Shown piece by piece: positions 38,583 through 48,795 of a DNA stretch of 64,000 nucleotides. The notes under the pieces are model-generated. The model was given only the letters and a program-made list of their open reading frames with translations. It ran no database searches and was not told the DNA's origin. Source of the DNA: Thermoanaerobaculia bacterium (GTDB lineage Bacteria > Acidobacteriota > Thermoanaerobaculia > Multivoradales > UBA5704); NCBI GenBank assembly GCA_036264355.1, contig DATARD010000080.1, positions 14,552 to 78,551 on the forward strand, written 5' to 3'. How positions within the stretch are numbered: the stretch's first letter is position 1; every line of letters begins with the position of its first letter. Both the position numbers and the translations under genes were made by a program.

Positions 38583-40235
38583 ATGCTTCCCCAGCCCGTA
38601 GCGTTCCCCGCAACCAGGCGTTTGACCGTGGTGCGGATTGGCATGGCGGCAGTGGGGCTCGCCCTGGCGGTGTTGGCGCTCGTGCGGTTCCTGGCGCTCG
38701 ACGGGGCGCGGCGGGAGTGGACGGCGTGGCTCGCGGAGTCGGGGCAGCCGGTGGATGAGCGCCTGGAGCGCGAGCTGGCGCGCGAGACCGATACCGACGG
38801 GATGGCGGTGCGGGCGGTGCGGGCCTCGCTGGCGCGCGCGATCGACGCCATGGCGCACACCAGCCCGGACCGGCGGCAGAGCGCTCTGCGGCTAGAGGAG
38901 ACGGCGCGGCGTGCCGCCGCCGTCCTCGGCCGCCGGCCGGCTTCGTGGGAGGCGGCGATGGTGCTCGGAGCGGCTACCTATATGAGTGACTCCCAAGCGC
39001 GCGACGCGCGCCTGTTCACCGCGCACGAGCGCTGGGAGGCGCCGCTCGAAGCCGCCATCGAGCTCGCTCCGACGAAACGGGAGCCGGCGCGTTTTCTCAC
39101 CGGTGCTTACGTCGAGATCTGGCCCGCGCTCACGGCGGCGAAACGGGAGCGCGTCCGCGGCCTGCTCGCCGGCCTGCTGAGCGATCCCGACGACGCCTCT
39201 CTCCTCCTCGGCCCCTGGCTCGACGCGGCCGGCGACCGGCAAGTCGCCCTGGCGGCGCTGCCGCCGGAGCCGCGGGTGTGGGAGCAGGTGCAGCGGCTGC
39301 TCGACGCCCGCGGCGACTGGGCCGGATTCAGCGCGGCGCGGCAGCGCTGGAACCAGGTGCTCCTGAGCCGCCTCCAGACCGACCTCGCCGCGGCGGACGC
39401 CAACCTGGCCGCCGGCGACTACACCGCCGCGCGGATCCTCTATCTCGCGGTCCTCGACGGGGCGCAGCCCGACCTCGCCTACCGCGACCTGCTGGCGGCG
39501 GCGCTGACCCGTTGCCCGCCGGGACCGGTGCCGCACGACATCGCGGTGCACCTCTCGCGCCAGGTCGACTGGGCGGTGCAGCGCTGCCTCCTCGCCGAAT
39601 GCGCGCTGCAGCCGGAAGCCCTGAAACGGCTCGCGCGGCTGGCCGGCGAGCAGCAGGCGGCGCCCGAGGAGGCGATGGCCCTGCTGCTGGCCGGCGATCT
39701 GCCGGGAGCCGCCGCTCTGGAGCGCCGGGCGGAGAACGGCTGGAGCAACTCCTGGGTGCCGTATCTGCTGCTCAAGGCCCGGATGCTCGCCGGCCGTCAC
39801 CAACTGGCGGCGGCGGAGTCGACGCTGGCTTTCGTGCCGCGGTCCTGGTGGGAGCGGCCGACGTATTGGCAGGTGCGCCTGGAGCTGGCGCAGGCGGCCG
39901 ACGACAAGGCCGGCATGGCGCAGGCGGAGGAACGGCTGCGCGGCTTGGCGCGGATGTCCTGGCCGGCGGCGGAGTGGACCTGGCGGGGCGAGCGGGCGCG
40001 CCTGGAGATTCTGGCCGCGGCGCCGGCCGCGGAGGTGGAGATCGATCTCCTCGAAACCCCTCCTGCCGGGGCCGTCGTCGAGCTATGGCTCGACGGGGCG
40101 CTGCTCGGTACGGCGCCGGCGCGCCCGGGAGCTCCGCTCGTCGCCGGCCTGCCGGTCAGCCGGGGCGTCCACCTGATCGAGCTCCAGGCCGTGGCCGGCG
40201 GGCCGGTGACGCCGGGTGCGCTGCGTCTCCGGTGA
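38583..40235 (+). CDS. Hypothetical membrane-anchored Ala/Leu-rich helical protein
   Basis: 550-aa ORF with one N-terminal TM helix (IGMAAVGLALAVLALVRFLAL). No family recognised. The start is uncertain. Confidence 0.5.
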   Translation: MLPQPVAFPATRRLTVVRIGMAAVGLALAVLALVRFLALDGARREWTAWLAESGQPVDERLERELARETDTDGMAVRAVRASLARAIDAMAHTSPDRRQSALRLEETARRAAAVLGRRPASWEAAMVLGAATYMSDSQARDARLFTAHERWEAPLEAAIELAPTKREPARFLTGAYVEIWPALTAAKRERVRGLLAGLLSDPDDASLLLGPWLDAAGDRQVALAALPPEPRVWEQVQRLLDARGDWAGFSAARQRWNQVLLSRLQTDLAAADANLAAGDYTAARILYLAVLDGAQPDLAYRDLLAAALTRCPPGPVPHDIAVHLSRQVDWAVQRCLLAECALQPEALKRLARLAGEQQAAPEEAMALLLAGDLPGAAALERRAENGWSNSWVPYLLLKARMLAGRHQLAAAESTLAFVPRSWWERPTYWQVRLELAQAADDKAGMAQAEERLRGLARMSWPAAEWTWRGERARLEILAAAPAAEVEIDLLETPPAGAVVELWLDGALLGTAPARPGAPLVAGLPVSRGVHLIELQAVAGGPVTPGALRLR

Positions 40236-41594
40236 GAGCGGCGCGACGTGGCGGATCTGGGTGCCCAGCGCGGCGCCGGTGAGCACCGCCAGGGTGACCG
40301 CGTTGGCCGGCATCGTCAAGCCGAAATCCAGCAGCTCGTGAAAACCGGCCGCGGCGAGGCAGCCCAGGATCGCCAGGGCGGCGGCCCGGTCTTCGGACCG
40401 GCTGCGGCTGCGCAGGAGGATGAGCAGGCGGCGCACCACCGGCACGCCGCCGGCCAGGACCAGGGCGAGCCCGAGAAGGCCCCCGGTGGCCGCGAGCTCG
40501 AGCAGATCGCTGTGGGCATGCCACCAGGTGCCCTGGAGCGCCGCCGGCTGCACCAGGGGGAACGCCTCGTGGAAGGAGCCCACGCCGGTGCCGAGGACCG
40601 GAAAGCGGGACCATAGATGCAACACCGCCCGATATTCAGTCAGCCGCCCCTGGAAGCTCACGTCGCCGGCACGGGTGTCGATGAACCGTCCCAGCCCCTC
40701 CCGCGCGCCGACTCCCGCGACGACCAGGCCCAGGCCGCAGAGAGCCACCCCCACGCCCCAGACGGCGCGCTGCCAGCGCCGGCGCGCCGCCGCCGCCGCA
40801 ACGCTCTGGACGGTCACCGCCGCCGCCGCCGCCAGCAGGCCGGCGCGCGATCCGCTGAGGACGAGCCCGGTGAGGAGGGTCAGGGCGCACAGCACCGGAC
40901 CGGCGAGAAAGAGGATGCGGCGCTCCGGCTGCTCGTCGTCGCGGGTTCGCCGCAACGCCCACCAGCCCCAGGCGCTCACGACGCACAGCGCGATCTCGAG
41001 GAAGAGCGCCAGATGGTTCGGATTGACGAAGGTGCCGTGGAGGCGCGGGCTGCGCGGGACGTCGACGCCCCACAGGGTGGGCGCCCGGACATACTGCGCG
41101 CGGGCACCGAAGAAAGTCTGGAAGATGCCGCCCAGGATCACCGCGCCGGCGACCCAGCGGCGCGTCGCCCGCCAGCCGGCCGCCGCGCCGGCGAGCAAGG
41201 CGGCTGCCAACGCCGCCCATTGCATTGCCGCCGCCTGCGACGCGCCGGGCGCCAGGCTCAGGTAGAGGTGCTCGACGGCCACCTGCGGCAGCGCGGCGGC
41301 GCGGACCGCGACGGCGGCGTGCTGCGGCGAGAGGAAGGAGACGGCGAACGCCGGCCAGGGCAACGACTGGAGGAACGCGAGGAGGGCGACCGCCGCCAAC
41401 GCCGCGGCGGGCAGCAGCGCCGGGCGCAGCCGCCTGCCGTCGCGCAGGGCGGCCGCGGCCAGGGCCAGGGCGATGAAGCAGCCGGTCTGGAGGATCGCCA
41501 CCGCCCACGGGGTGGCGCTGGCGAACGGCAGCGGCGCCCAGAGGATGAGGAGAGTGAGGAGAGCGGTGAGCGCCGATCCCGAATGGCGTATCAT
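40083..41594 (-). CDS. O-antigen ligase/polymerase-like (Wzy_C) integral membrane protein
   Basis: Multi-TM, with SGSRAGLLAAAAAV and WWHAHSDLLELAATGGLLGL, typical of the O-antigen ligase family. Start taken at ATG 41594, because the GTG at 41660 would overlap the divergent gene. Confidence 0.7.
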   Translation of the reverse strand: MIRHSGSALTALLTLLILWAPLPFASATPWAVAILQTGCFIALALAAAALRDGRRLRPALLPAAALAAVALLAFLQSLPWPAFAVSFLSPQHAAVAVRAAALPQVAVEHLYLSLAPGASQAAAMQWAALAAALLAGAAAGWRATRRWVAGAVILGGIFQTFFGARAQYVRAPTLWGVDVPRSPRLHGTFVNPNHLALFLEIALCVVSAWGWWALRRTRDDEQPERRILFLAGPVLCALTLLTGLVLSGSRAGLLAAAAAVTVQSVAAAAARRRWQRAVWGVGVALCGLGLVVAGVGAREGLGRFIDTRAGDVSFQGRLTEYRAVLHLWSRFPVLGTGVGSFHEAFPLVQPAALQGTWWHAHSDLLELAATGGLLGLALVLAGGVPVVRRLLILLRSRSRSEDRAAALAILGCLAAAGFHELLDFGLTMPANAVTLAVLTGAALGTQIRHVAPLSPETQRTRRHRPAGHGLELDQVDAPADRQAGDERSSRARRRRTEQRPVEP

Positions 41595-41630
41595 GGCGCC
41601 GCGTTCTGCCGCACCAGAGTGAGGGAGATC

Positions 41631-42938
41631 ATGCGCCGCAAGCACCGGTTGTCGATTCACTTGTCGATTCAGACGTTGACTCAGATGTTGGGGGTTCTAT
41701 TGGTCCTGTGCGCCGGAGCCGCCGGCGCGCAATTCAACCAGTATACCGCCCCAGGGGGACCGCAGGACCGTCCGGAGACCCGGGACGAGCGCTTGAAGCG
41801 AGAGCTCGCGGACGCGCACTACCACCTGGGTCCCGTCCGCATCGCGCCGATCCTGGGAGTCAAAGACATCGCCTACGTGCGCGACATCTTCGACAACGGC
41901 GCCGCCGTTCCCGCGGACGTCACCACCACCGTGATCGGCGGCGCCCGCGCCTATCTGCGCACCGGGCCCAAGATGACCTGGATCGCCACCCTCGAGCCGG
42001 AGTACGTCTGGTGGCGGCGGCGCACCGAGGCGCGGCGCCTCAACCTGAGCTACGGGATCGAGGGCCTCGGTCTGTTCAACCGCGTCTTCGTCGGCGTCTC
42101 GGCGCACCGCACCGAGGATCAGCGCATCCTAACCCCGGAGGTGCCGGAGCTGGCGCCGGCGCGCAGCGACGAAGCCGAGGCGACCGTCGAGGTCAAGGTC
42201 ACCGGCTCGGTCTACGCCTTCCTCAGCGGCCGGGCAGGTCGAGAGAAGAACCTGGTGGACAACTTCCTCAGCGATCCGGCGCTTCGCGCGACCGCCCGCC
42301 TGGACCGCACCGAGGAGGTCGTCCGCTCCGGCCTGCGCTGGCGCCCCCGCGACGGCTGGACGATCGGTCTCGGCGCCGAGCATTCGCAGACCAATTTCGC
42401 GCGCCGGGTGGACGACAGCTCCAACCGCGGCACCGCTCCGGTGGTCGAGCTGTCGATCGACCGCGACCAGATCTTCATCCAGGTCGATGCGGCGGCGCGC
42501 TCGCTGACCGCCCGCCAGGGATCGCGCTTCGTCGACTTCAACGGCGTCACCGGCACCGCCGGCGTGTCGTACCGGCCGCGGCGCAGCTTCGAGACCTGGG
42601 TGTACGGCAGCCGCAACCTGATCTACTCGTTGTCGCCGGACTACCCTTACCTGGACGACGAGCGGGTCGGCGTCGCGTTGGGCGTGGGCGGCGGCGGCCG
42701 CTTCGCCACCCGCTTTTTCGCGGAGACCGGCCGCGAGCAGTACACCCCCTTCTCCGCGCTGGCGCCGGACCGCAAGGATGACCTGCGCGCCTTTGGGGGC
42801 TCGTTGCGCTTTTTCGCCACCCAACGCCTGACCTTCGTCGCGCAGGTGACGCGCACCCGCTTCCTCTCCAACCTCCCCGGCAACGACCGCTCCTACTCCG
42901 CGGGAGGGATCTCCCTCACCTGGGGTGGCGTGCTCTAG
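41631..42938 (+). CDS. Putative outer-membrane beta-barrel protein of the EPS locus
   Basis: Signal-like MRRKHR...LLVLCAGAAGAQ, then alternating beta-strand-like segments rich in Y/R/G (GVSYRPRRSFETWVYGSRN, GGSLRFFATQRLTFVAQVTRTRF). Weak assignment. Confidence 0.5.
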   Translation: MRRKHRLSIHLSIQTLTQMLGVLLVLCAGAAGAQFNQYTAPGGPQDRPETRDERLKRELADAHYHLGPVRIAPILGVKDIAYVRDIFDNGAAVPADVTTTVIGGARAYLRTGPKMTWIATLEPEYVWWRRRTEARRLNLSYGIEGLGLFNRVFVGVSAHRTEDQRILTPEVPELAPARSDEAEATVEVKVTGSVYAFLSGRAGREKNLVDNFLSDPALRATARLDRTEEVVRSGLRWRPRDGWTIGLGAEHSQTNFARRVDDSSNRGTAPVVELSIDRDQIFIQVDAAARSLTARQGSRFVDFNGVTGTAGVSYRPRRSFETWVYGSRNLIYSLSPDYPYLDDERVGVALGVGGGGRFATRFFAETGREQYTPFSALAPDRKDDLRAFGGSLRFFATQRLTFVAQVTRTRFLSNLPGNDRSYSAGGISLTWGGVL

Positions 42939-43048
42939 AGACCGGCGGCGATCCCAGCTTTTGCTGTTCCGCTTCTCCTGTCTCCGCGGCAGGTGCTGGA
43001 GAAGCCGTCAACTTCGTTGTAAGCTATTGTCTGGTAAGGTGTCATCCG

Positions 43049-43888
43049 ATGAAGCCCCCAGCTCTCGCTCTGTCCGCTCTGCTCGCCGCCGTGCTCCTGT
43101 CTGCGGTGCCGGTTTCCGCGCAGAGTCACAACCCCGGCTACCGGATCGGCCCCCGTGACCTTCTGGAGGTCAAGATCTTCGAGGCTCCCGAGCTCAGCGG
43201 CACCCGGCGCGTCAATGAAGAAGGGAAGCTCAGCTTCTCCCCGGCGGGCGACGTCGACGTCGCCGGGCTCACCGAGCCCGAGGCGGCGCAGAAGATCAAG
43301 GAGCTCCTCGAGGCGAAGTCGCTGGTCAAGGCCTCCGTGTCGGTGCTGGTGCAGGAGTTCCGCTCCCGTCCCATCGCCGTCCTCGGCGCCGTCCACCAGC
43401 CGGGCAACCTCGCCTTCTCCGGCCGTTGGACCTTGCTGGAGGCGTTGACCGCGGCCGGCGGCGTCACCGACGGCCATGGCAGCCTGGTCTACGTCCTGCG
43501 GCGGTCTGACAACGGCCTGTCGGACCAGATCGGCATTCCGCTGGAAGACCTGATCGCGCGCGCCAATCCGAAAGCCAACATTCCGATCTTCGCGGGCGAC
43601 CTGATCAACGTGCCCTCCGCGGTCGATGTGACGATCTACTGCCTCGGCCAGTTCCACCAGCCGGGCGCCTTGACGTTCAGGAGTGCGGAGCGGGTCACGC
43701 TGCTCGGCGTGATCGCCCGTGCCGGCGGGCTCACCGACCGCGCCTCCAGCAAGATCCTCATCAAACGCGATGGCCGCTCCGGGAAAGCCGAGATCAACGC
43801 GGACTACAAGAAGATCCTCGCTGGCAAGGAACCGGACGTCGAGCTGCAGTCCGGCGACGTCATCGTCGTCAAGGAGTCCTTTTTTTGA
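43049..43888 (+). CDS. wza: Polysaccharide export protein (Wza/Poly_export + SLBB)
   Basis: Signal peptide. YRIGPRDLLEVKIFEAPELSG...GKLSFSPAGDVDVAGLTEPEAAQKIKELL (Poly_export) is followed by SLBB-like repeats. Confidence 0.9.
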   Translation: MKPPALALSALLAAVLLSAVPVSAQSHNPGYRIGPRDLLEVKIFEAPELSGTRRVNEEGKLSFSPAGDVDVAGLTEPEAAQKIKELLEAKSLVKASVSVLVQEFRSRPIAVLGAVHQPGNLAFSGRWTLLEALTAAGGVTDGHGSLVYVLRRSDNGLSDQIGIPLEDLIARANPKANIPIFAGDLINVPSAVDVTIYCLGQFHQPGALTFRSAERVTLLGVIARAGGLTDRASSKILIKRDGRSGKAEINADYKKILAGKEPDVELQSGDVIVVKESFF

Positions 43889-46248
43889 TCGCCCCGATCT
43901 CCTCCCTGCCGCCGGACGAGCCGGCCGGCCTGAAGCCTCCCGAGCCCGAATTCGAGCTCAACCTGTCGGAATACGTCACCATGGTGCGGCGGCACTGGAA
44001 GCTGCTCGCCGTGACCTGCCTGCTCTCCCTGGCCGCCGCCGGCATCCATTACGCGATCACCCCGAAGCAGTTCCAGGCCTCCTCGACGATCCAGATCGAG
44101 CGCCGCAACATGTCGCCGGTGGGCACCGGGCAGAATCCCTGGCTCGAAAACTATTGGAACATGGAGTTCTATCCCACCCAGTATGAGCTGCTGCAGAGCC
44201 GCGGCCTGGCGGAGCGGGTGGTCAAGAGCCTGGACCTGATGAGCGATCCGGCGTTCAATCCCGGCGCCGGCCCGGCGCGCGACGGCAAGAAGGGGACCAC
44301 CGCGGAGGACGATCAGGCGACCCTCGGCCGCCTCGCCGATCAGCTCCGCGGCGCTTTGGCCGTCGACCCGGTGCGCAACACCCAGCTCGTCCGTATCTCG
44401 TTCCAGGCCGCCACTCCGGAGTTCGCCGCCCGTGCCGCCAACGGCTTCGCGCAGGCCTTCATCGACATGGGAGTGGAGGACCGCTTCGCCTCGGCCGGCA
44501 AGGCGTCGAGCTTCCTCGGCACCCAGATCGAGACCCTGAAGCAGGAGATCTCCGACAAGGAGTCGCAGCTCCAGGCGTTCAGCCGGCGCAGCGACATCAT
44601 CACTCTCGATCCGGGGGCGAACGTCGTCCTCAAGCGCCTCGAGTCGCTCAATTCGAGCCTGATGGAGGCCAAGAAGACGCGCATCGAGAAGGAGGCCCGT
44701 TACCACGAGGTGATGACCTCTCCACCGGAGACGGTGGCGGACAGCCTGTCCGGCGGCGTGGTGAGCGGCCTGCGCTCCGAGCAGCTCCACCTGGAGCGCG
44801 ATTACGACGCCAAGCTCAAGACGTTCAAGCCGGACTGGCCCGAGATGGTCTCCTTGAAGACGCAGATCGACAAGGGCAAACAGCATCTCGACGGTCTGGT
44901 CAAAGAGATGCTCACGAAGGCGCGCGACAGCGCCAACGCCGACTACCAGTCGGCGCTGCGCCAGGAGCAGTCGCTGGAGTCGGAGCTGACGCAGAGCAAG
45001 AAGCAGGCGATCGACCAGAGCTCGGCGGCGGTTCAGTTCACCAACCTCAAGGTGGAGATCCAGACCCGCCGTGAGCTGCTCGATCAACTGATGCGCCAGC
45101 AGTCCGAGACCGAGGTGGCGGTGCGGCTGCAGGACACCCGCCAGTCGAACATCCGCATCATCGACCAGGCCCTGGTGCCCGGCGGCCCGTCCCAGCCGTC
45201 GCTGCGCAAGGACCTCACCTACGGCATCCTCGTCGGTCTCCTGCTCGGCATCGGCGCCGCGCTCCTCATCGAGTTCCTCGACCGCACTCTCAAATCGCCC
45301 GAGGAGATCGAGCGGCGCCTCGGTCTGCCCACTCTCGGCGTGGTGCAGGACATCGCGGAGATCGGCAAGACGTACGGCTACTACTCGGCCTACGCCTATG
45401 CCTCCGGCTACGGCTACGGTCACGGCAGCCCGCCCGCGGGCGCCGGGAGCTCCGGCGAACGGTCGCGGGTGCGCGCCAGCCGCAACGCGCCCGCCGGTTG
45501 GCTGGAGAAGAAAAAGGCTCCGCCGGCCGGCTCGGCGCAGATCGAGCTGGTGCCGCACGACCGGCCGCGCACGCTGATCTCCGAGGCCTACCGTTCGCTG
45601 CGCACGGCGCTGCTCCTGTCGAGCGCCCGCGAGATCAAGCTGATCGGGGTCACCTCGGCGGTCGCCGGCGAGGGGAAGACCGCCACCGCCTCCAACCTGG
45701 CGGTGGTGCTGGCGCAGCTCGGCCGCCCGGTGCTGATCGTCGACTGCGACCTGCGCAAACCGCGCCTGCACCAGGTCTTCCACCTCTCCAACCGGATCGG
45801 GCTGGTCAACCAGCTCACCGGCACCGCCGATGCGGAGGCGGTGATCCTTCCCACCGAGGTGCCGAACCTGTGGGTCGTCCCCTCGGGGCCGACGCCGCCC
45901 AATCCGTCGGAGCTGCTGGCTTCCGAGCGGATGCGCGAATGGCTGCACGCCATGCGCGAGCGGTTCGCCTACGTGATCATCGACACGCCGCCGGCCCTGG
46001 CGGTCACCGACGCCACCCTGGTCGGCGTGCTGGTCGACGGCATGGTCCTCACCCTGCGCTGCCAGAAGGTGACGCGGGAGGAGGCGCGGGTCTGCCGCGA
46101 CCGTCTGCGCCAGGCCGACATCAAGATCCTCGGCGCGGTGCTCAACCGCTACCGCTCGTTCCAGGCGGGTGTGGCCAAAGGATACAAGTACTACGAGGCC
46201 TACGGCGCTGAAGAGAGCGAGCCGTCGAAGGCCGGCTCCGCCGCCTGA
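43885..46248 (+). CDS. wzc: Polysaccharide co-polymerase / tyrosine autokinase (Wzc/GumC-like)
   Basis: Wzz-type N-terminus with two TM helices flanking a coiled coil. Kinase domain VTSAVAGEGKTATASNLAVVLAQ (Walker A) and IIDTPPAL. Tyr-rich tail KGYKYYEAYG. A TTG start overlaps the wza stop. Confidence 0.9.
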   Translation: MIAPISSLPPDEPAGLKPPEPEFELNLSEYVTMVRRHWKLLAVTCLLSLAAAGIHYAITPKQFQASSTIQIERRNMSPVGTGQNPWLENYWNMEFYPTQYELLQSRGLAERVVKSLDLMSDPAFNPGAGPARDGKKGTTAEDDQATLGRLADQLRGALAVDPVRNTQLVRISFQAATPEFAARAANGFAQAFIDMGVEDRFASAGKASSFLGTQIETLKQEISDKESQLQAFSRRSDIITLDPGANVVLKRLESLNSSLMEAKKTRIEKEARYHEVMTSPPETVADSLSGGVVSGLRSEQLHLERDYDAKLKTFKPDWPEMVSLKTQIDKGKQHLDGLVKEMLTKARDSANADYQSALRQEQSLESELTQSKKQAIDQSSAAVQFTNLKVEIQTRRELLDQLMRQQSETEVAVRLQDTRQSNIRIIDQALVPGGPSQPSLRKDLTYGILVGLLLGIGAALLIEFLDRTLKSPEEIERRLGLPTLGVVQDIAEIGKTYGYYSAYAYASGYGYGHGSPPAGAGSSGERSRVRASRNAPAGWLEKKKAPPAGSAQIELVPHDRPRTLISEAYRSLRTALLLSSAREIKLIGVTSAVAGEGKTATASNLAVVLAQLGRPVLIVDCDLRKPRLHQVFHLSNRIGLVNQLTGTADAEAVILPTEVPNLWVVPSGPTPPNPSELLASERMREWLHAMRERFAYVIIDTPPALAVTDATLVGVLVDGMVLTLRCQKVTREEARVCRDRLRQADIKILGAVLNRYRSFQAGVAKGYKYYEAYGAEESEPSKAGSAA

Positions 46249-47012
46249 TGATCGACCTGCACTGTCACATCCTCCCCGGCGTCGACGACGGCGCGCGGAC
46301 CCTGGACGAAGCCGTCGCGATGTGCCGCCTGGCCGCCGCGGACGGCTGCGAGGCGATGATCGCGACGCCGCACCAGCGCCGCGGCGAGTGGTGGAACGAC
46401 GACCGCGAGCTGCTCCAGGGGCTCGCCCGCGACCTCCAGGCGGCGGTGGGCCCGGCCCTCGAGACACCCTTCCGGGTCGCTCTCGGCGGCGAGATCCACG
46501 TCGGACCTGGGCTCCTCGAAGAGATCGAGCGGATCTCCTCCGGCGCCGGCGGCGCCCTCCTGCCGCTTGCCGGCTCACGCTATCTGCTGATCGAGTTCGA
46601 CCCGCTGGACACGCCGGTGCAGGCGGCCGACCTGGTCCACGAGCTCGCCGTCTCCGGCTGGCGGCCGGTGATCGCGCATCCGGAGCTCATCCCCTGGCTG
46701 GCCAGGGGGAAGGCGCTGCTCGCTCACCTGGTTGCGCTGGGCGCGACGGTCCAGGTGACGGCGATGAGCCTGACCGGCGACTTCGGGCGCCGCCCGCAGA
46801 CCGACGCCCTCGCCTTTCTCGACGCCGGCCTGGTGCACTTCGTCGCCAGCGACTCGCACAGCCCGCGGCGGCGCCCGCCCGGCCTCTCCCGGGCCTATCA
46901 GGCGATCGCGGCGCGGCGCGGCGACGCGGTCGCCCGGCGGCTGACCACCGACAATCCGCGGGCGGTGCTCGAAAACCGGCCGCTGCCTGCCATCGTCGAA
47001 GGGGAAGCATGA
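46248..47012 (+). CDS. PHP-family protein-tyrosine phosphatase (CpsB/YwqE type)
   Basis: MIDLHCHILPGVDDGA...ATPH...SDSH metal-binding motifs. The start overlaps the wzc stop (TGATG). Confidence 0.9.
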   Translation: MIDLHCHILPGVDDGARTLDEAVAMCRLAAADGCEAMIATPHQRRGEWWNDDRELLQGLARDLQAAVGPALETPFRVALGGEIHVGPGLLEEIERISSGAGGALLPLAGSRYLLIEFDPLDTPVQAADLVHELAVSGWRPVIAHPELIPWLARGKALLAHLVALGATVQVTAMSLTGDFGRRPQTDALAFLDAGLVHFVASDSHSPRRRPPGLSRAYQAIAARRGDAVARRLTTDNPRAVLENRPLPAIVEGEA

Positions 47013-47995
47013 GATCCGTCCTGCCGGCCGCCGTTACGCTCCTTCTCGCCGCCGCCGGTCCCCTCCTGGCTGTGGATCCCTTCTACCAGGAGCTCTACCG
47101 CGACGGCAACCTGGCCTACGACCGGGGCGATGCCGGCGGCGCGGCGCGTACCCTGCGCCTCGCCTGCTTCGGCATGCTGGACGAGCCGAAGCTCCTCGGC
47201 GGCTGCCTGGCCCGCTTGGCGCTCGCCCAGGACAAAGCCACCGACCTCGAAGGCTTCCGCGAAACCTTCGTCCGCCTCGCCGACGTCGAGGAGCGCTTCC
47301 AGGGGTACAGCCAGGCCGATCTGCCGGCGGAGGTCCGCGGCGCGCTGGAGCAGAAGATCGGAGCGCACATCCCGGCGGCGACGCTCGAAAGCTCGCCGCC
47401 GGTCTTCCGTGCCTTGGCGAAGCGACCGGCGCAGCAGGCCGCTCCGCCGGCGGGCAAGCCGGCGGCGAAGCCGCGGTCTCCCCCCCAGCCGGCCCTCTCG
47501 GCGGCTCCCCCCGCCAAACCGCCGGCGGCGCCGGAGACGAAACCGGCAGGGACGAAGCCGGCGGGGACGGTGACGGCTGGGCCGGGAACGCCGGCAACAC
47601 CGCCCGTGCCGGCGGCGCGCTCCCTGTCCGAGGAGGAGAAGGGAAAGCTCGAAAGCGTGCGCAAGTCTCTCGGCGAGACGGGCAAAGGGAAGGAGCTGCG
47701 GCAGGCCTTCCAGACCGCGCGCGAGGTGGCCGACGCGCACCCCGAGGCCGTCGACGCGCAGCGTCTGGCCGGCGAGGCCGCCTACCGGCTCTCGCTGTGG
47801 AGCGACGCCGTCTCCTACCTCCAGCGCGGCGGCGGTCTGCCGGACAGCGAGCCGGAGCTCCTCTTCTACCTCGCCGTCTCGCTCTACGAGTCGGGAAACC
47901 GGGCGGCGGCCACCGCGACCCTGAAGCGCTCGCTGCCCAATTTGCAACGTTCACCCTACGTCGATGCGTATGCGCGAAAGATTCTCGGCCAGTGA
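47009..47995 (+). CDS. Hypothetical secreted protein with Pro/Ala-rich linker and TPR-like ends
   Basis: ATGA overlap with the upstream stop. Signal peptide MRSVLPAAVTLLLAAAGPLLA. A central PAKPPAAPETKPAGTKPAG low-complexity region is present. Confidence 0.6.
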   Translation: MRSVLPAAVTLLLAAAGPLLAVDPFYQELYRDGNLAYDRGDAGGAARTLRLACFGMLDEPKLLGGCLARLALAQDKATDLEGFRETFVRLADVEERFQGYSQADLPAEVRGALEQKIGAHIPAATLESSPPVFRALAKRPAQQAAPPAGKPAAKPRSPPQPALSAAPPAKPPAAPETKPAGTKPAGTVTAGPGTPATPPVPAARSLSEEEKGKLESVRKSLGETGKGKELRQAFQTAREVADAHPEAVDAQRLAGEAAYRLSLWSDAVSYLQRGGGLPDSEPELLFYLAVSLYESGNRAAATATLKRSLPNLQRSPYVDAYARKILGQ

Positions 47996-48042
47996 CCGCC
48001 CATCTGGGGTAGAATCAGATGTCTGATAGAAGGGGAGGATCC

Positions 48043-48684
48043 ATGTCCGCCAAGACATATGCCTTGCTTGCCGCTCTGGTTCTCCTGAGCTCCGCCGCCA
48101 CGCAGGCGTTGTCGTTCTCGGTTGAGCCGTTGAAGTGCGTGCCCAAAGAGGACAACGCCGTCATCCACGCCGCATTGTCGGCCGACGTTCCCGGCCAGAC
48201 GCCGCGTCTCTATTTCCGCTGGCAGGGGCAGACGGACTTCTACTGGGTGGCCATGGAGACCGAGCCGGCGCACCGGCTGTGGGGGGTGATCCCCAAGCCC
48301 GAGAAGCGCAACGACCTGGTGGAGTACTACACGGCGCTGGTCGATCCGGAGGGCAAGGTCAGCGCCCGCTCGCCGAGCCAGACCGCCCGGGTCACCAATG
48401 ACTGCAAGGCGCCGCTCAGCCCCAAGGAGCGCGGAGTCGCCGAGAACATGACGATCGGCGAGACGACTCCCGAGCAGCAGGGGGCCAAGGTGGTCGGCTT
48501 CCTGTGCAAGGGCGTGGTCACCCGCGTCAATTCCCAGGGAATCCGCCGCAACGACGAGATCTGCGGTCCGTGCGCGGTGGTCTGGTGGGACCGCAAGGGC
48601 GTGCTCATCCCCGCCTTCGCCGGCGGCGTCGTCGGCGTCATCGTCACCGATCGCAATCCGGAGCCTTCACCCTCGCGGCCATAG
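48043..48684 (+). CDS. Hypothetical secreted protein
   Basis: MSAKTYALLAALVLLSSAATQA signal peptide, with a C-terminal TM-like GVLIPAFAGGVVGVIV. No family recognised. An alternative start exists at 48019. Confidence 0.55.
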   Translation: MSAKTYALLAALVLLSSAATQALSFSVEPLKCVPKEDNAVIHAALSADVPGQTPRLYFRWQGQTDFYWVAMETEPAHRLWGVIPKPEKRNDLVEYYTALVDPEGKVSARSPSQTARVTNDCKAPLSPKERGVAENMTIGETTPEQQGAKVVGFLCKGVVTRVNSQGIRRNDEICGPCAVVWWDRKGVLIPAFAGGVVGVIVTDRNPEPSPSRP

Positions 48685-48735
48685 CCGGACATCAGGTGCC
48701 GGGCACGATCCCGGCCGGCCCCGTTTTTGATTTCA

Positions 48736-48780
48736 GCCCGGGGACCCTCTTCGGCCCCCGGGCGTCTATTTGTCTGTTTC
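48736..48780 (+). terminator. Candidate intrinsic terminator (second of two tandem hairpins)
   Basis: GCCCGGGG (48736-48743) pairs with CCCCGGGC (48756-48763), followed by GTCTATTTGTCTGTTTC. An upstream hairpin GCCGGG/CCCGGC (48698-48715) is followed by ...GTTTTTGATTT. Confidence 0.45.
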
Positions 48781-48795
48781 ACGTGAGGATTTCCC

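Noticed and set aside
40083-40235. 153-nt convergent overlap between the 550-aa hypothetical gene and the O-antigen ligase-like gene
   Set aside because: It could indicate that the weakly supported 38583-40235 ORF is mis-called, or it could be a genuine 3' overlap. The sequence alone cannot decide, so it is not treated as a feature.
43804-46578. 924-aa ORF antisense to wzc
   Set aside because: It has the same high-GC artefact pattern, and the sense frame has Walker A and PCP features.
46169-47008. 280-codon N-terminal extension of the 47009-47995 protein
   Set aside because: It overlaps the well-supported PHP phosphatase gene in another frame and is Arg/Pro-rich. The signal peptide starts at the ATG at 47009, which is coupled to the upstream stop.
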